Shown: positions 28,745 through 38,522 of the stretch, piece by piece | How the letters are laid out: each line of letters begins with the position of its first letter | Position numbering within the stretch: the stretch's first letter is position 1 | IMG/VR virus record: IMGVR_UViG_3300021400_000095 | Reading direction: 5' to 3' (one strand) | Source: a virus | Lineage: Duplodnaviria; Caudoviricetes | Length of the DNA: 64,000 nucleotides | The notes under the pieces: model-generated | What the model saw: the letters and a program-made list of their open reading frames with translations, nothing else | The model's database searches: none | What the model was told of the DNA's origin: nothing | Made by a program: the position numbers and the translations under genes

Positions 28745-30359
28745 AGAAAAAATTCTTGTTAATTCTGTTAAATGATTCTGTAAATTTATTCCTAATATCA
28801 TCAATATTATCAGTATTAGAAACATTGTTTTCAGGTTGATTATTACCTGCCTGTTGAATGTTATTGTAATTCAACTGATTTTCCTGAGGTTTATTAACAA
28901 CCCTACAACCAATTTGTTTTAATGCTTTGAAGAACATCTTAACAAAACTAGCCTTATCCTTAAGCCATGACATAATACCCTCAGTAATAACTGAATTCTC
29001 TTCAAGTTTCTTTGCAATACCAAAAACAACATTCATTAATGCAGTTGCTTCCTTCTTATCATATTCATATGTTCTATGGAATCTTGTTAATGCATTGAGT
29101 GCAAGATTTGTAAGAATTAATGTAATCTGTGTTGCATTTTCAGCATATGTCTGAATATTTGAAGATTCCAAAACATTTGCCTTCTTTGTTGCATTGACTG
29201 TGCAATATGTAAGAAGATAATCTGCTAATTTGTTACCTGCATCCTGAGATTGTGTATTAGTGTCATATCCATTTGCTTCACAATATGATTCCATCCAAGC
29301 ACAAGCCTTTTCAGTTCTCTTCATCATTTCAGCACCACCTTCAACATCTTCTGGATTGTTCTGACCTCTTTCAATTTTATCTCTTTGTGCAGCAGCATTA
29401 AGTTCACCATTAAGGTTATTCAAAAGACCAATTTCAGATGTCCATTTATCTTCTTTTGCACCTGAAAGTAAATAGGTATCTCTTACATCATAACCAACAC
29501 TTCTTAAGGTAATACCACCACTCTTATTGGCTTTCATTTGAAGGTCTTGTTTTACCTGTACTGATAAATCTTGGCTGTCAGTATCTTCCCAACCATTATC
29601 ATTCTTTGCAACTTCCAAATCCTTGTCAGCAACATCTGCTTTATTAGGAACCCATACATACATAGGAAGTGGTTTTGCACCTCTCTTGATACCTCTACCA
29701 AATAATGATTTCCATTTACCGGGGGCAAGAACAAATGTTGCATCTTTATCATATGATTTAATTAATGTTGCATTTTTAATAGACAATACATGACCATAAC
29801 TTACATTACCATATACTCTGGAATAAAGTTTGATTTGTTCCAATGTAACAGGGTCATTAATTTTACTAAGATAGTTTTGCCACATTTGCATAGCATTTTC
29901 ACCTGCTTCACTATGTGCTTGGTTAATCTTTTCCTTGTTCTTTGAATAGAAACCTGTTGCAATCTCATCTTCAAGATGAAGAACCTCATCATTGTTATAT
30001 TTACCTGATTGGATAAGAACTGATTGTACTGCATTAAGGTCACCACCATCAAGCCATGAATCAATTTCACTATCAAAAACCTTGATTTGAACATGTGTAG
30101 GCTCTGCCTTGTCAATCCATGCTGTTCTTGTAATTCTGTTCTTTGAAGGGTCAGTTAATCTTGCAACAATTGCTTTTGCAGAATCAGCATCAATATTATA
30201 TAAATTAATAACCTTATATGGTTGTCTTGTCTTTAAATCTAATCCTTTTCCTGGCTGTACTGTTACAGCAATCTGACCATATTTATAATTTTTATATTTA
30301 TCAGCAGCCTTTGGTGCTTTCTGACTATTATTCTGATTTTTATAATAAGGATATGCCAT
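28716..30359 (-). CDS. ArdC-N-like (ssDNA-binding antirestriction) domain protein
   Basis: LSIKNATLI....ATFV....KWK..FGR.IKRGAK...YDV.DT matches the ArdC N-terminal domain pattern. Confidence 0.55.
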   Translation of the reverse strand: MAYPYYKNQNNSQKAPKAADKYKNYKYGQIAVTVQPGKGLDLKTRQPYKVINLYNIDADSAKAIVARLTDPSKNRITRTAWIDKAEPTHVQIKVFDSEIDSWLDGGDLNAVQSVLIQSGKYNNDEVLHLEDEIATGFYSKNKEKINQAHSEAGENAMQMWQNYLSKINDPVTLEQIKLYSRVYGNVSYGHVLSIKNATLIKSYDKDATFVLAPGKWKSLFGRGIKRGAKPLPMYVWVPNKADVADKDLEVAKNDNGWEDTDSQDLSVQVKQDLQMKANKSGGITLRSVGYDVRDTYLLSGAKEDKWTSEIGLLNNLNGELNAAAQRDKIERGQNNPEDVEGGAEMMKRTEKACAWMESYCEANGYDTNTQSQDAGNKLADYLLTYCTVNATKKANVLESSNIQTYAENATQITLILTNLALNALTRFHRTYEYDKKEATALMNVVFGIAKKLEENSVITEGIMSWLKDKASFVKMFFKALKQIGCRVVNKPQENQLNYNNIQQAGNNQPENNVSNTDNIDDIRNKFTESFNRINKNFFYDDINRNRC

Positions 30360-30447
30360 ATTTTAAGTATTTTTCTTATAAATAGTTGGTTTATATGAAA
30401 AATGTTTTGTATTTTTGTAAAAAATAAATATATAAAACAATATTGCT

Positions 30448-30705
30448 ATGTGTAAAGAAAACTTTGATAACCTTGAATTTAAGCCTTTTATAGAAACACC
30501 AGATGATGTTGCAGGATATGATGAGTTAGAAATAAATGAAGTTGCTTGTAATAGTGTTGGAATTAAATTGTTTGAATTTGACTTGAATGATGATATTGCA
30601 GATATTGCACTTGATGAAGATAAAGTTAAAGAAGTGTTCCCTGACTTTATAATCAAAGAAGGAAAAGGTTATGTACTTGGTAATGAAAATGGCTTGTACA
30701 TTTAA
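30448..30705 (+). CDS. Hypothetical acidic protein
   Basis: ORF after host-type promoter 30386-30417. Confidence 0.55.
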   Translation: MCKENFDNLEFKPFIETPDDVAGYDELEINEVACNSVGIKLFEFDLNDDIADIALDEDKVKEVFPDFIIKEGKGYVLGNENGLYI

Positions 30706-30755
30706 TTTTGGGAACTATATACAAGTTGTCCACAATAGGAATAGATAGACAGATT

Positions 30756-30932
30756 ATGAAGAAGATAAAAGTTGTATTGTCTGAAGGTGTATATGTTATA
30801 AAGCCAAATGATGACAACAAAGATAGTGTTGTGCTTGAATGTGACACAAGAAAAGAATGGACAGATTATTTAACAAGCCTCCCAAACCCACCAAGACACA
30901 TTGTTGTAAGTACATTGGTTCAAAATCTTTAA
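30756..30932 (+). CDS. Small hypothetical protein
   Basis: Likely ATG start MKKIKVVL within ORF 30708..30932. Confidence 0.4.
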   Translation: MKKIKVVLSEGVYVIKPNDDNKDSVVLECDTRKEWTDYLTSLPNPPRHIVVSTLVQNL

Positions 30933-31030
30933 TAAAGATTGGACAACAAGTATATAATTTCCTTAATTTTTATTATGTTTCACAAACATAATGTTTGAGA
31001 TGAATAAAACACACATTGTAGTATGTGTGT

Positions 31031-31062
31031 TTTGTTTTTTTATAGGTTTTTTTGTATTTTTG
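31031..31062 (+). promoter_or_regulatory. Bacteroidota-type sigma promoter (polymerase N-half)
   Basis: TTTG-N20-TATTTTTG. Confidence 0.7.
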
Positions 31063-31102
31063 TAAAAAATGATGTCTAATGATAGACTTTAATTGAATTG
31101 TT

Positions 31103-33598
31103 ATGGCTGAAAATTTGAACAAAGAAATTACAGATGAAGTAATTGAAACATTTTTGAATGGGCATGACCCACAAGAAAGAATTGTAAATATTGAATATTC
31201 CTATAGAGATAATTTCATGAAAGTATATTATAGGAATGAAAATGACCAAAAATGTATGTCCATGGAATCATTTTACCCATTTGTTTGGGCAAGACTTGAT
31301 ACCTGTGTTTCATTGTGTGGTGGTGATAGAAAAAAATTGAAACTCCTTATGCAACAATGTGGTATTGAAGTAAAATCACTTGAATATACAACAAAAGATG
31401 GAGTTGAAATACCTGAAATGAAAGATGGTTATAGATTCATGTTCAAGGCAAGAAAACCAATGTCTTATACTGAATTCCTTGACTTCTTTAAGAAATGTGA
31501 TTTTCCAATATATTCAGATAAAAAAATAAATAACATTGAAAGACCTTTCCTGTGTGTTACACCTCAGGAACAATTTCTTATTTCCACAGGTAAAAGATTT
31601 TTTAAAGGATATGATGATTATAATCAAATCCTTAGACTTACCTTTGACTTGGAAACTGAAGGTCTTGACCCAACAAGGCATAGAATTAAACTCATTGGTA
31701 TCAAACTTAATAGACCTGTCATAATAAGAGGCAAACTATATGATAATTTTGAAAGAATATATAGACTTGAAGGAAATACTGAACAAGAAAAAAATGCATC
31801 TGAATTAAAAATTATAGATACATTCCTTAGAATTATATATACATTTAAGCCTGATGTTATTACTGCACATAATGGTGAAAACTTTGACTGGTCTTTCATC
31901 ATTGAAAGATGTAATCAACTTGGTACAGATATTGATACTGTTTCAAAACCATACTTTAAAGGAAAAACAATATATAAAAACCCAAAGGAATCAATTCTTA
32001 AACTTGGTGGTGAAGTTGAAACCTTCCATCAAACAGTTGTACCAGGAATCATTGTAACTGATTCACTACATGCTGTTAGAAGAGCACAAGCAACAGATTC
32101 AAATTTTAAGGAAGCAAACCTTAAATATTCTGCAAAATATCTTGAAACTGTTAAACCAAACAGAGTTTATGTTCCTGGTGATATTATTGATAAAACACTT
32201 ATTGATGAAACACCTTCCTATGCTTTCAATAATAATGATGGTACTTGGTATAAAATATCTGAAGATAAGCCTATTAAAGAAAACTATGAAGTTGTAACAG
32301 GTAAATACATTGTTGAAAGATATTTGTTTGATGACCTTCAGGAATGTAATGATGTAGAATTGAAATTGAATACAGCTAGTTTCTTACTTTCAAAAATTCT
32401 TCCACTATCATTTCAAAAATGTTGTACAATGGGTACTGCTGGACAATGGAAATCTCTTATGATGGCATGGTCCTATGAAAATAATCTTGCAATTCCATTT
32501 GCTGAAAATACTGGAAAATTCACAGGTGGCCTTTCAAGATTACTTAAAGTTGGTGGATGTGGACCAATTGTAAAACTTGATTATAACTCACTGTATCCTT
32601 CTATTATTCTTACTTGGGCAATTGAAGATGAAAAAGATATTTCAGGTGCAACACTGAAATTCCTTAACTATATCCTTACAACAAGAGAGAAATTTAAAGG
32701 AATAAAAAAATCAGCAAATAAAATTGTTGAAAAATATGAGGACAAAATTAATAGTGGTCAAACTTTAACACCTGAAGAAAATGAAGAATACCATAAAGCA
32801 CTAGGCACTTTCTCAGCAGCAGATAAAACACAGAACCAAATGAAGATAATGGGTAACTCATTCTTTGGTGCATATGGGTCAAACCTTGGCTCAGTATATC
32901 CTTGGAAATCTGTTAAATGTGCTGAAAGAACAACTTGTACAGGAAGACAATCACTTAGATTAATGATTTCTCATTTTACTAAGCTTGGCTATGAACCTAT
33001 TGTGGGTGATAGTTTTACACCTGATACACCAATGTTCATAAAATACAAAGATAGTGGATTAATTGATATTAAACCTATTGAAGAACTTATTAATGAGAAA
33101 GAAATAAAGATTGATGCACTTGGAAGAGAATATGATTATTCCAAAAAAGATTATTATGTTTTATGTAGAAGTGGATGGGTAGAACCTAGTTATATTTACA
33201 GGCATAAGACAGAAAAGGATATATATGAAATCACTGATGGTGAAATGAAAGTTGAAGTAACTGAAGACCATAGTTTATTTAATTCTAAACAAGAAAAGAT
33301 TAAACCAAGTGAGATTACTAATAAAACAGAATTAGAATACTATACTGAAGAAGTAAGACCTGATGGATATACAAGATATTTTGCAACACAAGCACCTCAG
33401 GCAAAACAAATGGCAATGGATTTGGCTAATGGTAAAATAGACAGAGTACCAATGAAAGTTTTAAATTATCAAGAAGTATATCAAAAAATTTTCTATGATA
33501 CATTTATTGAAAATTATAAAAATGATATTAAATATAGTAAAACTTGTCTAGCTGGTTTACAATATATTAGAAAAATGCTTATGGAAAAAAAATTTTAA
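31103..33598 (+). CDS. Family B DNA polymerase, N-terminal half fused to N-intein
   Basis: ExoI FDLET, ExoII HNGENFD, motif A DYNSLYPS, motif B K...NSFFG, motif C truncated at IVGD then intein. Confidence 0.93.
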   Translation: MAENLNKEITDEVIETFLNGHDPQERIVNIEYSYRDNFMKVYYRNENDQKCMSMESFYPFVWARLDTCVSLCGGDRKKLKLLMQQCGIEVKSLEYTTKDGVEIPEMKDGYRFMFKARKPMSYTEFLDFFKKCDFPIYSDKKINNIERPFLCVTPQEQFLISTGKRFFKGYDDYNQILRLTFDLETEGLDPTRHRIKLIGIKLNRPVIIRGKLYDNFERIYRLEGNTEQEKNASELKIIDTFLRIIYTFKPDVITAHNGENFDWSFIIERCNQLGTDIDTVSKPYFKGKTIYKNPKESILKLGGEVETFHQTVVPGIIVTDSLHAVRRAQATDSNFKEANLKYSAKYLETVKPNRVYVPGDIIDKTLIDETPSYAFNNNDGTWYKISEDKPIKENYEVVTGKYIVERYLFDDLQECNDVELKLNTASFLLSKILPLSFQKCCTMGTAGQWKSLMMAWSYENNLAIPFAENTGKFTGGLSRLLKVGGCGPIVKLDYNSLYPSIILTWAIEDEKDISGATLKFLNYILTTREKFKGIKKSANKIVEKYEDKINSGQTLTPEENEEYHKALGTFSAADKTQNQMKIMGNSFFGAYGSNLGSVYPWKSVKCAERTTCTGRQSLRLMISHFTKLGYEPIVGDSFTPDTPMFIKYKDSGLIDIKPIEELINEKEIKIDALGREYDYSKKDYYVLCRSGWVEPSYIYRHKTEKDIYEITDGEMKVEVTEDHSLFNSKQEKIKPSEITNKTELEYYTEEVRPDGYTRYFATQAPQAKQMAMDLANGKIDRVPMKVLNYQEVYQKIFYDTFIENYKNDIKYSKTCLAGLQYIRKMLMEKKF
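33011..33598 (+). mobile_element. Split intein, N-fragment (195 aa)
   Basis: Starts SFTPDTP (block A, Ser1) right after IVGD; block B VTEDHSL; ends at a stop with no block F/G. Confidence 0.9.
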
Positions 33599-33641
33599 TA
33601 GTGCTTTTTTTGGTTCTTATACTATTTATAAATAAAAAAAT

Positions 33642-35366
33642 ATGTTAAAAGAAAACAGAGAAATAAAAAAAAGAAATAGATACAATACAGAAACATTTAT
33701 TGAAAAAGCAAGAAGTTTAGAACATTGTGCAAATTATGATTTTAAAAAAAGTGTTTATAAAGCATATAATAAAAAACTTGTTGTAACTTGTCATGTAAAG
33801 GATGAAAATGGTAATGAGCATGGTGATTTTTTAATTACTCCTGGTCATTTATTTGAAGGACAGGGGTGTCCTGTTTGTAGATATATTAAATCTGCAAAAT
33901 CAAAAAGAAGGACATTTGATGAACTGGTTAATGATGCAAAAAAAGTTCATGGTGATAAATATGATTATAGTTTAATAACTGATTACAAAAATGACAGGAT
34001 TAAGTACCCAATTATTTGTCCAGAACATGGTATTTTTTATCAAACAATGAACAATCATATAACAGGAAAGCAAGGTTGTCCTACTTGTGGCAGAAACCTT
34101 GCAGATGAAAAAAGAAGGTTAACAACTGAAGAATTTGTTGAGAAAGCAAGAAAAGTTCATGGAAATAAGTATGATTATTCAAAAGTAAACTATGTTACAA
34201 GTGATGAAAAAGTTTGCATAATATGTCCTGAACATGGTGAATTTTGGCAAACACCATCAAATCATTTAATGGGGCAAAGATGTCCTCAATGTGGAAACAT
34301 AAGCAGAGGAATATTAAAAAGATTAACAACTGAAGAATTTGTTGAGAAAGCAAGAAAAGTTCATGGAAACAAGTATGATTATTCAAAAGTAAACTATGTT
34401 ACAAGTGATGAAAAAGTTTGTATAATATGTCCTGAACATGGTGAATTTTGGCAAAGCACAGGTAATCATTTACAAGGAAATGGATGCCCAAAATGTGCAC
34501 CACTATATTCAAAACCAGAAAATAAAGCACTTCAATTTGTTTATGATGTTCTTGGAGAAGAAAATGTAGAAACAAGGAATAGAATAATTTTAAGAGGAAA
34601 AGAATTAGATATCTATATTCCAAGTAAAAGGATTGCAATTGAATTTGATGGGATTTTTTGGCATAATGAATTAACTAAAGACAAATATTTTCATATTAAC
34701 AAAACCATTGAATGTGAAAAGAATAACATTCATTTAATCCATATTTTTGAGGATGAATGGAAATACAAACAAGACATTATCAAATCAATGTTATTAAACA
34801 TATTTGATAAAACACCTAACAAAATTTATGCAAGGAAATGTGAAATAAGAGAAGTATCTGCACATGATGCCAGTACATTTCTTGACAATAACCATCTTCA
34901 AGGCAAATGTGGCTCATCTGTAAAATTAGGTTTATATTATAATAATGAACTTGTTTCTCTTATGTGTTTTGGTAAATCAAGACATTTTGTTGGCAATGGG
35001 AAACATCAATGGGAATTACTTAGATTTTGTAATAAGTTAAATACCAATGTTATTGGAGGTGCTAGTAAATTATTCAAGCATTTTATTGAATTGTATAATC
35101 CTGAAGAAATTGTTTCTTATGCTGACAGAAGATGGTCAACAGGAAATTTATATAATGTTTTAGGATTTAAATTATATAATAAGTCACAACCAAATTATTA
35201 TTATGTGATTGGAGATAAAAGGTATTATAGGTTTAATTTTAGGAAAAGTATTTTAGTTAAAAAATATGGCTGTCCTGAAAATGTGAGTGAGCATGAGTTT
35301 TGTCTTTCACAGCATTGGTATAGAATTTATGATTGTGGCTGTTTATGTTACAAATGGGAAAAATAA
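33642..35366 (+). CDS. Free-standing homing-endonuclease-like protein: Zn-ribbon repeats, PD-(D/E)xK nuclease, Mom-like GNAT domain
   Basis: Four C..HG.F...H..G..CP.C units; ELDIY..IAIEFDG.FWH; WELLRF, GGASKL, SYADRRW. Confidence 0.8.
   Translation: MLKENREIKKRNRYNTETFIEKARSLEHCANYDFKKSVYKAYNKKLVVTCHVKDENGNEHGDFLITPGHLFEGQGCPVCRYIKSAKSKRRTFDELVNDAKKVHGDKYDYSLITDYKNDRIKYPIICPEHGIFYQTMNNHITGKQGCPTCGRNLADEKRRLTTEEFVEKARKVHGNKYDYSKVNYVTSDEKVCIICPEHGEFWQTPSNHLMGQRCPQCGNISRGILKRLTTEEFVEKARKVHGNKYDYSKVNYVTSDEKVCIICPEHGEFWQSTGNHLQGNGCPKCAPLYSKPENKALQFVYDVLGEENVETRNRIILRGKELDIYIPSKRIAIEFDGIFWHNELTKDKYFHINKTIECEKNNIHLIHIFEDEWKYKQDIIKSMLLNIFDKTPNKIYARKCEIREVSAHDASTFLDNNHLQGKCGSSVKLGLYYNNELVSLMCFGKSRHFVGNGKHQWELLRFCNKLNTNVIGGASKLFKHFIELYNPEEIVSYADRRWSTGNLYNVLGFKLYNKSQPNYYYVIGDKRYYRFNFRKSILVKKYGCPENVSEHEFCLSQHWYRIYDCGCLCYKWEK
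34119..34455 (+). repeat. 133 bp internal direct repeat (34119-34251 and 34323-34455)
   Basis: Two synonymous mismatches, 204 bp period; duplicates one Zn-ribbon unit. Confidence 0.9.
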
Positions 35367-35391
35367 TATGTTTATATAAAATGATAAAATA

Positions 35392-36279
35392 ATGAAAAAA
35401 ATAATATTAGATGAACAAACTAAGAATGAATTAAAGAACATAATTAATGAAGAACTAACTATTAACAATGAGATTAATCTTCTAACAACTTCAATTTATT
35501 CTGAAATAAAAAAGAACATTAAAAATGTAAAATATTCACCATTAAAACAAGATGTTTCTTTTGGTATATTACATTTAAAAAATATAAACATATTTGGATT
35601 AAAATTCAGTATTAAAATTACTATATACAACACAAATAAAAAAGAATCTTATAAGCAAATGTGTGAAGAATATGATTGTTATAATGGATATACTAATTTT
35701 ACAGATAATATTATTAACATAAATATTGGTGTCCTCAGTGGGTCAAGATATATTGATTTTGAAGGTATTCTGCAACATGAAATTGAACATGTTTTCCAAT
35801 ATACCAAAAAGAATAATCAAATAAACACAAAAATAGGCCAAAGCATTTATAAAAAGGCTTTCAACATAATCCAAAACTCTGACAATTATAACAAATATCA
35901 GTTTTATTGTGCATATCTAATTTATTGTTTGTCAGATAATGAGGTAGATGCTTTTGTTAATCAACTTTATAGGGATATTGTAAATGGAAATGCTTTAAAT
36001 GATGAACCTATTATACAAAACTCCACTATAATGCAAAATTATTTGAATTGCAAAAAAATATTAAATAATCTTGATATTAATAATAGATTTTATCAAATGG
36101 CACTTATGTCAATAGGTTTTGATACTGAGAAAAAACAAAAACAATTTATCAAATATTGTAACAATGCTCTTAAAAGAATGATAAACAAAATTGGTAAAAC
36201 TATTGTAAAAGCAAGAAAAGATTTAATTGAAAAAAAAGATGTTGCTGTGCAACTTAATAATTTGAAAATTGAAAATTAA
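35392..36279 (+). CDS. Leader-bearing zincin metallopeptidase-like protein
   Basis: MKKIILDEQTKNELKNIINEEL leader; HEIEH; EVDAFVNQLY. Confidence 0.7.
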   Translation: MKKIILDEQTKNELKNIINEELTINNEINLLTTSIYSEIKKNIKNVKYSPLKQDVSFGILHLKNINIFGLKFSIKITIYNTNKKESYKQMCEEYDCYNGYTNFTDNIININIGVLSGSRYIDFEGILQHEIEHVFQYTKKNNQINTKIGQSIYKKAFNIIQNSDNYNKYQFYCAYLIYCLSDNEVDAFVNQLYRDIVNGNALNDEPIIQNSTIMQNYLNCKKILNNLDINNRFYQMALMSIGFDTEKKQKQFIKYCNNALKRMINKIGKTIVKARKDLIEKKDVAVQLNNLKIEN

Positions 36280-36291
36280 TTTATATATTTA
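36261..36291 (+). promoter_or_regulatory. Variant Bacteroidota-type promoter (polymerase C-half)
   Basis: TTTG-N19-TATATTTA, 16 nt before ATG 36308. Confidence 0.5.
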
Positions 36292-36307
36292 CAAAAAATT
36301 TAATGTG

Positions 36308-36406
36308 ATGAAAATTTTAAATAAAGGTAAATGTTTAGATTATGTATATGATATATCATTAGATGGCACTGTAGTTAATGCATTGGGTATGAATATCTTA
36401 TCAAAT
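36308..36406 (+). mobile_element. Split intein, C-fragment (33 aa)
   Basis: Block F YVYDIS, block G ILSN followed by Thr+1. Confidence 0.9.
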
Positions 36407-37894
36407 ACCGATGGGTTCAATTTCAAATTGCCTGATGAATCAAAATACAGATATACTAAAGAGCATCCATATGTCAGTACAGGTCTTTCAAGGGAAACTA
36501 AAAAAGATAAAGAATATGTTGGTTATGAAGCAGATGTTGCTGAATTTAATGACCAATATATGTGTGACATGCATTATGATGATAAAGCTGTTAACAAAAT
36601 GGGACTTGGCATAGACGAAATACTTAATTTCTCCTGCAACATTTCAAGAAAGAACTATTTGGATTATTTTCCAGAAAAGCCATATCCAAAGGATGTTAAG
36701 ATTGTTGGTAATACTTTAAAGTCAAAAAAATTGCCAATATATATACAGAATTTCATGGATAAGGGATTCAGATTGTTGTTACAGAATAAGGGTAGTGAAT
36801 TTCTTGAAGAGTATTACAATTATATTGAAAAGATTTACAATTTTAAGATACCACTTAAGGACATTGCCAGTAAAGGAAAGGTAAAGAAATCAATTGAGGA
36901 TTACATTGCTGATTGTGAAACAGTGACAAAGGCTGGAAATAAGAAATCAAGGCAAGCATGGATGGAGTTAGCAATTAAGAACAATGTAAAAGTTGATTTA
37001 GGTGAAACATTATATTATATAAACACAGGGACAAAGAAGTCACATTCTGATGTTAAGAGAATTACACATTATAATATGACTGATGATAGTGGTGAAATAA
37101 AAGATATAAAGACACAATTGGACAGAGAGTGGAAGAAAGCAGAAGATGGTAAAGCAGGTGTCAAGAAATCATTGAAATTTGATGAATGGGTAAAGAAACA
37201 TTATCCAAATGTAAAAATTAAGGATGAAATTGTTCTATGTGCTGAGTTATTACCAAGAGAAATTGTTGAATCAGATAAGGACTTTTATTGTGAAGAAGGA
37301 AAAGAATATAATGTTGAAAAGTACATTGACCAGTTCAATAAAAGAATTACACCACTATTAGTTTGTTTTTCAAAGGAAATCAGGTCAAAGATATTGATTA
37401 ATAAGCCAAATGAAAGGCAATATTTTACTGAAGAACAGACTGTTCTAACTTCAGGTGAGCCAAACAAGGAAGGAGACCAGGACACATATGAACAACTTAT
37501 GACAATGGAAGATAAGGAAATTAAGTTTTGGCTTGACCATCCTGAATGGAAGATTCCATTCTTAAAGGAATGTGATATGGATTGGGAAAAAATCAAGACA
37601 GATTATCTTGAAAGAAAAGAGAAGGAAAGACAATTTGGTATTGACAAAATTAGGGAAGAATTTGACAATGCAATTAACAATTTAACTCCTGAAGAAATTG
37701 AGAAGATTGATGATGGAAAGATACCAGCAAGTATTGAAAAAATTGCAGACATTGACCCATTGACTTTTAATTTTGTTAGTAAAATAGATAATAGTGTTGT
37801 TCTTGGTACTATTTATGATATCATAGATGCACAAACATATCAACAGGAAAAGAAAAGTTCTACAATGGAATATGTTCTTGAAAATAATAGTTAA
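36308..37894 (+). CDS. Family B DNA polymerase, C-terminal half preceded by C-intein
   Basis: TDG completes motif C; RKNY, K..G; ATG 36308 follows its own promoter-like element. Confidence 0.9.
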   Translation: MKILNKGKCLDYVYDISLDGTVVNALGMNILSNTDGFNFKLPDESKYRYTKEHPYVSTGLSRETKKDKEYVGYEADVAEFNDQYMCDMHYDDKAVNKMGLGIDEILNFSCNISRKNYLDYFPEKPYPKDVKIVGNTLKSKKLPIYIQNFMDKGFRLLLQNKGSEFLEEYYNYIEKIYNFKIPLKDIASKGKVKKSIEDYIADCETVTKAGNKKSRQAWMELAIKNNVKVDLGETLYYINTGTKKSHSDVKRITHYNMTDDSGEIKDIKTQLDREWKKAEDGKAGVKKSLKFDEWVKKHYPNVKIKDEIVLCAELLPREIVESDKDFYCEEGKEYNVEKYIDQFNKRITPLLVCFSKEIRSKILINKPNERQYFTEEQTVLTSGEPNKEGDQDTYEQLMTMEDKEIKFWLDHPEWKIPFLKECDMDWEKIKTDYLERKEKERQFGIDKIREEFDNAINNLTPEEIEKIDDGKIPASIEKIADIDPLTFNFVSKIDNSVVLGTIYDIIDAQTYQQEKKSSTMEYVLENNS

Positions 37895-37928
37895 AAAAAA
37901 GACTAAGTTTAATTACTTAGTCTTTTTT
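37894..37928. terminator. Bidirectional terminator
   Basis: A tract-GACTAAGT...ACTTAGTC-T tract. Confidence 0.75.
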
Positions 37929-38521
37929 CTATCTTTAATATTTCCATCAAATTCAAGTTGAGCAGTAAAGATATTTCCTTTATTATCAACCAATTTAATT
38001 TTTCCTTCAGACAAGCCTATTTGTTTAAGACTTGCACTTTCATTAAGTGGTTGTTTTGAAAAATAATCTGAAATACATTCTTTAACAATTGCTTTTATTA
38101 TAGTATAATCAATACCAGCAGAAGTTGAACCATATTGTTGAACAGGTATTGATTTTTGTGAAGACATTTCAGTGATTTGTTGTTTTTTTGGTGATGGTTG
38201 TACCATTGATAAAGCATTACTCAATGATGCATCTTCTCCAACATTAATTGGATTGCTTTGCATTGATTCAAGGATTTCTTTTGGCATGTTGCTATTTTGG
38301 AAAGCATTAGGTGAATAAGCATTTATATTAGGTACATATGGTTTATCTTCTGATTCTGAAAGTCTGAAATTATCCCATTCATCAGAAAATGTATTAGGGT
38401 CAACATCTGTAGCCATTTGTGATTTTCCTACATGTTTATTAACAAGTTTATCACCATTTTCATTACATAATTGTCTTGACCTATTTAAAACTTGTGCTAA
38501 TTGTTCTGGTGTAAGTGCCAT
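37913..38521 (-). CDS. Hypothetical protein, likely virion-associated
   Basis: In a late-motif operon; contains ITE and LNE sites. Confidence 0.55.
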   Translation of the reverse strand: MALTPEQLAQVLNRSRQLCNENGDKLVNKHVGKSQMATDVDPNTFSDEWDNFRLSESEDKPYVPNINAYSPNAFQNSNMPKEILESMQSNPINVGEDASLSNALSMVQPSPKKQQITEMSSQKSIPVQQYGSTSAGIDYTIIKAIVKECISDYFSKQPLNESASLKQIGLSEGKIKLVDNKGNIFTAQLEFDGNIKDRKKTK

Positions 38522-38522
38522 T

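Noticed and set aside
30920-31035. Autoregulatory operator hairpin for the polymerase, as in T4 gene 43
   Set aside because: The hairpins lie upstream of the predicted promoter and look like terminators of the preceding genes.
33599-36307. Group I intron interrupting the polymerase
   Set aside because: Spacers around the inserted ORFs are only 25-45 nt, too short for a ribozyme core; intein blocks on both halves explain the split.
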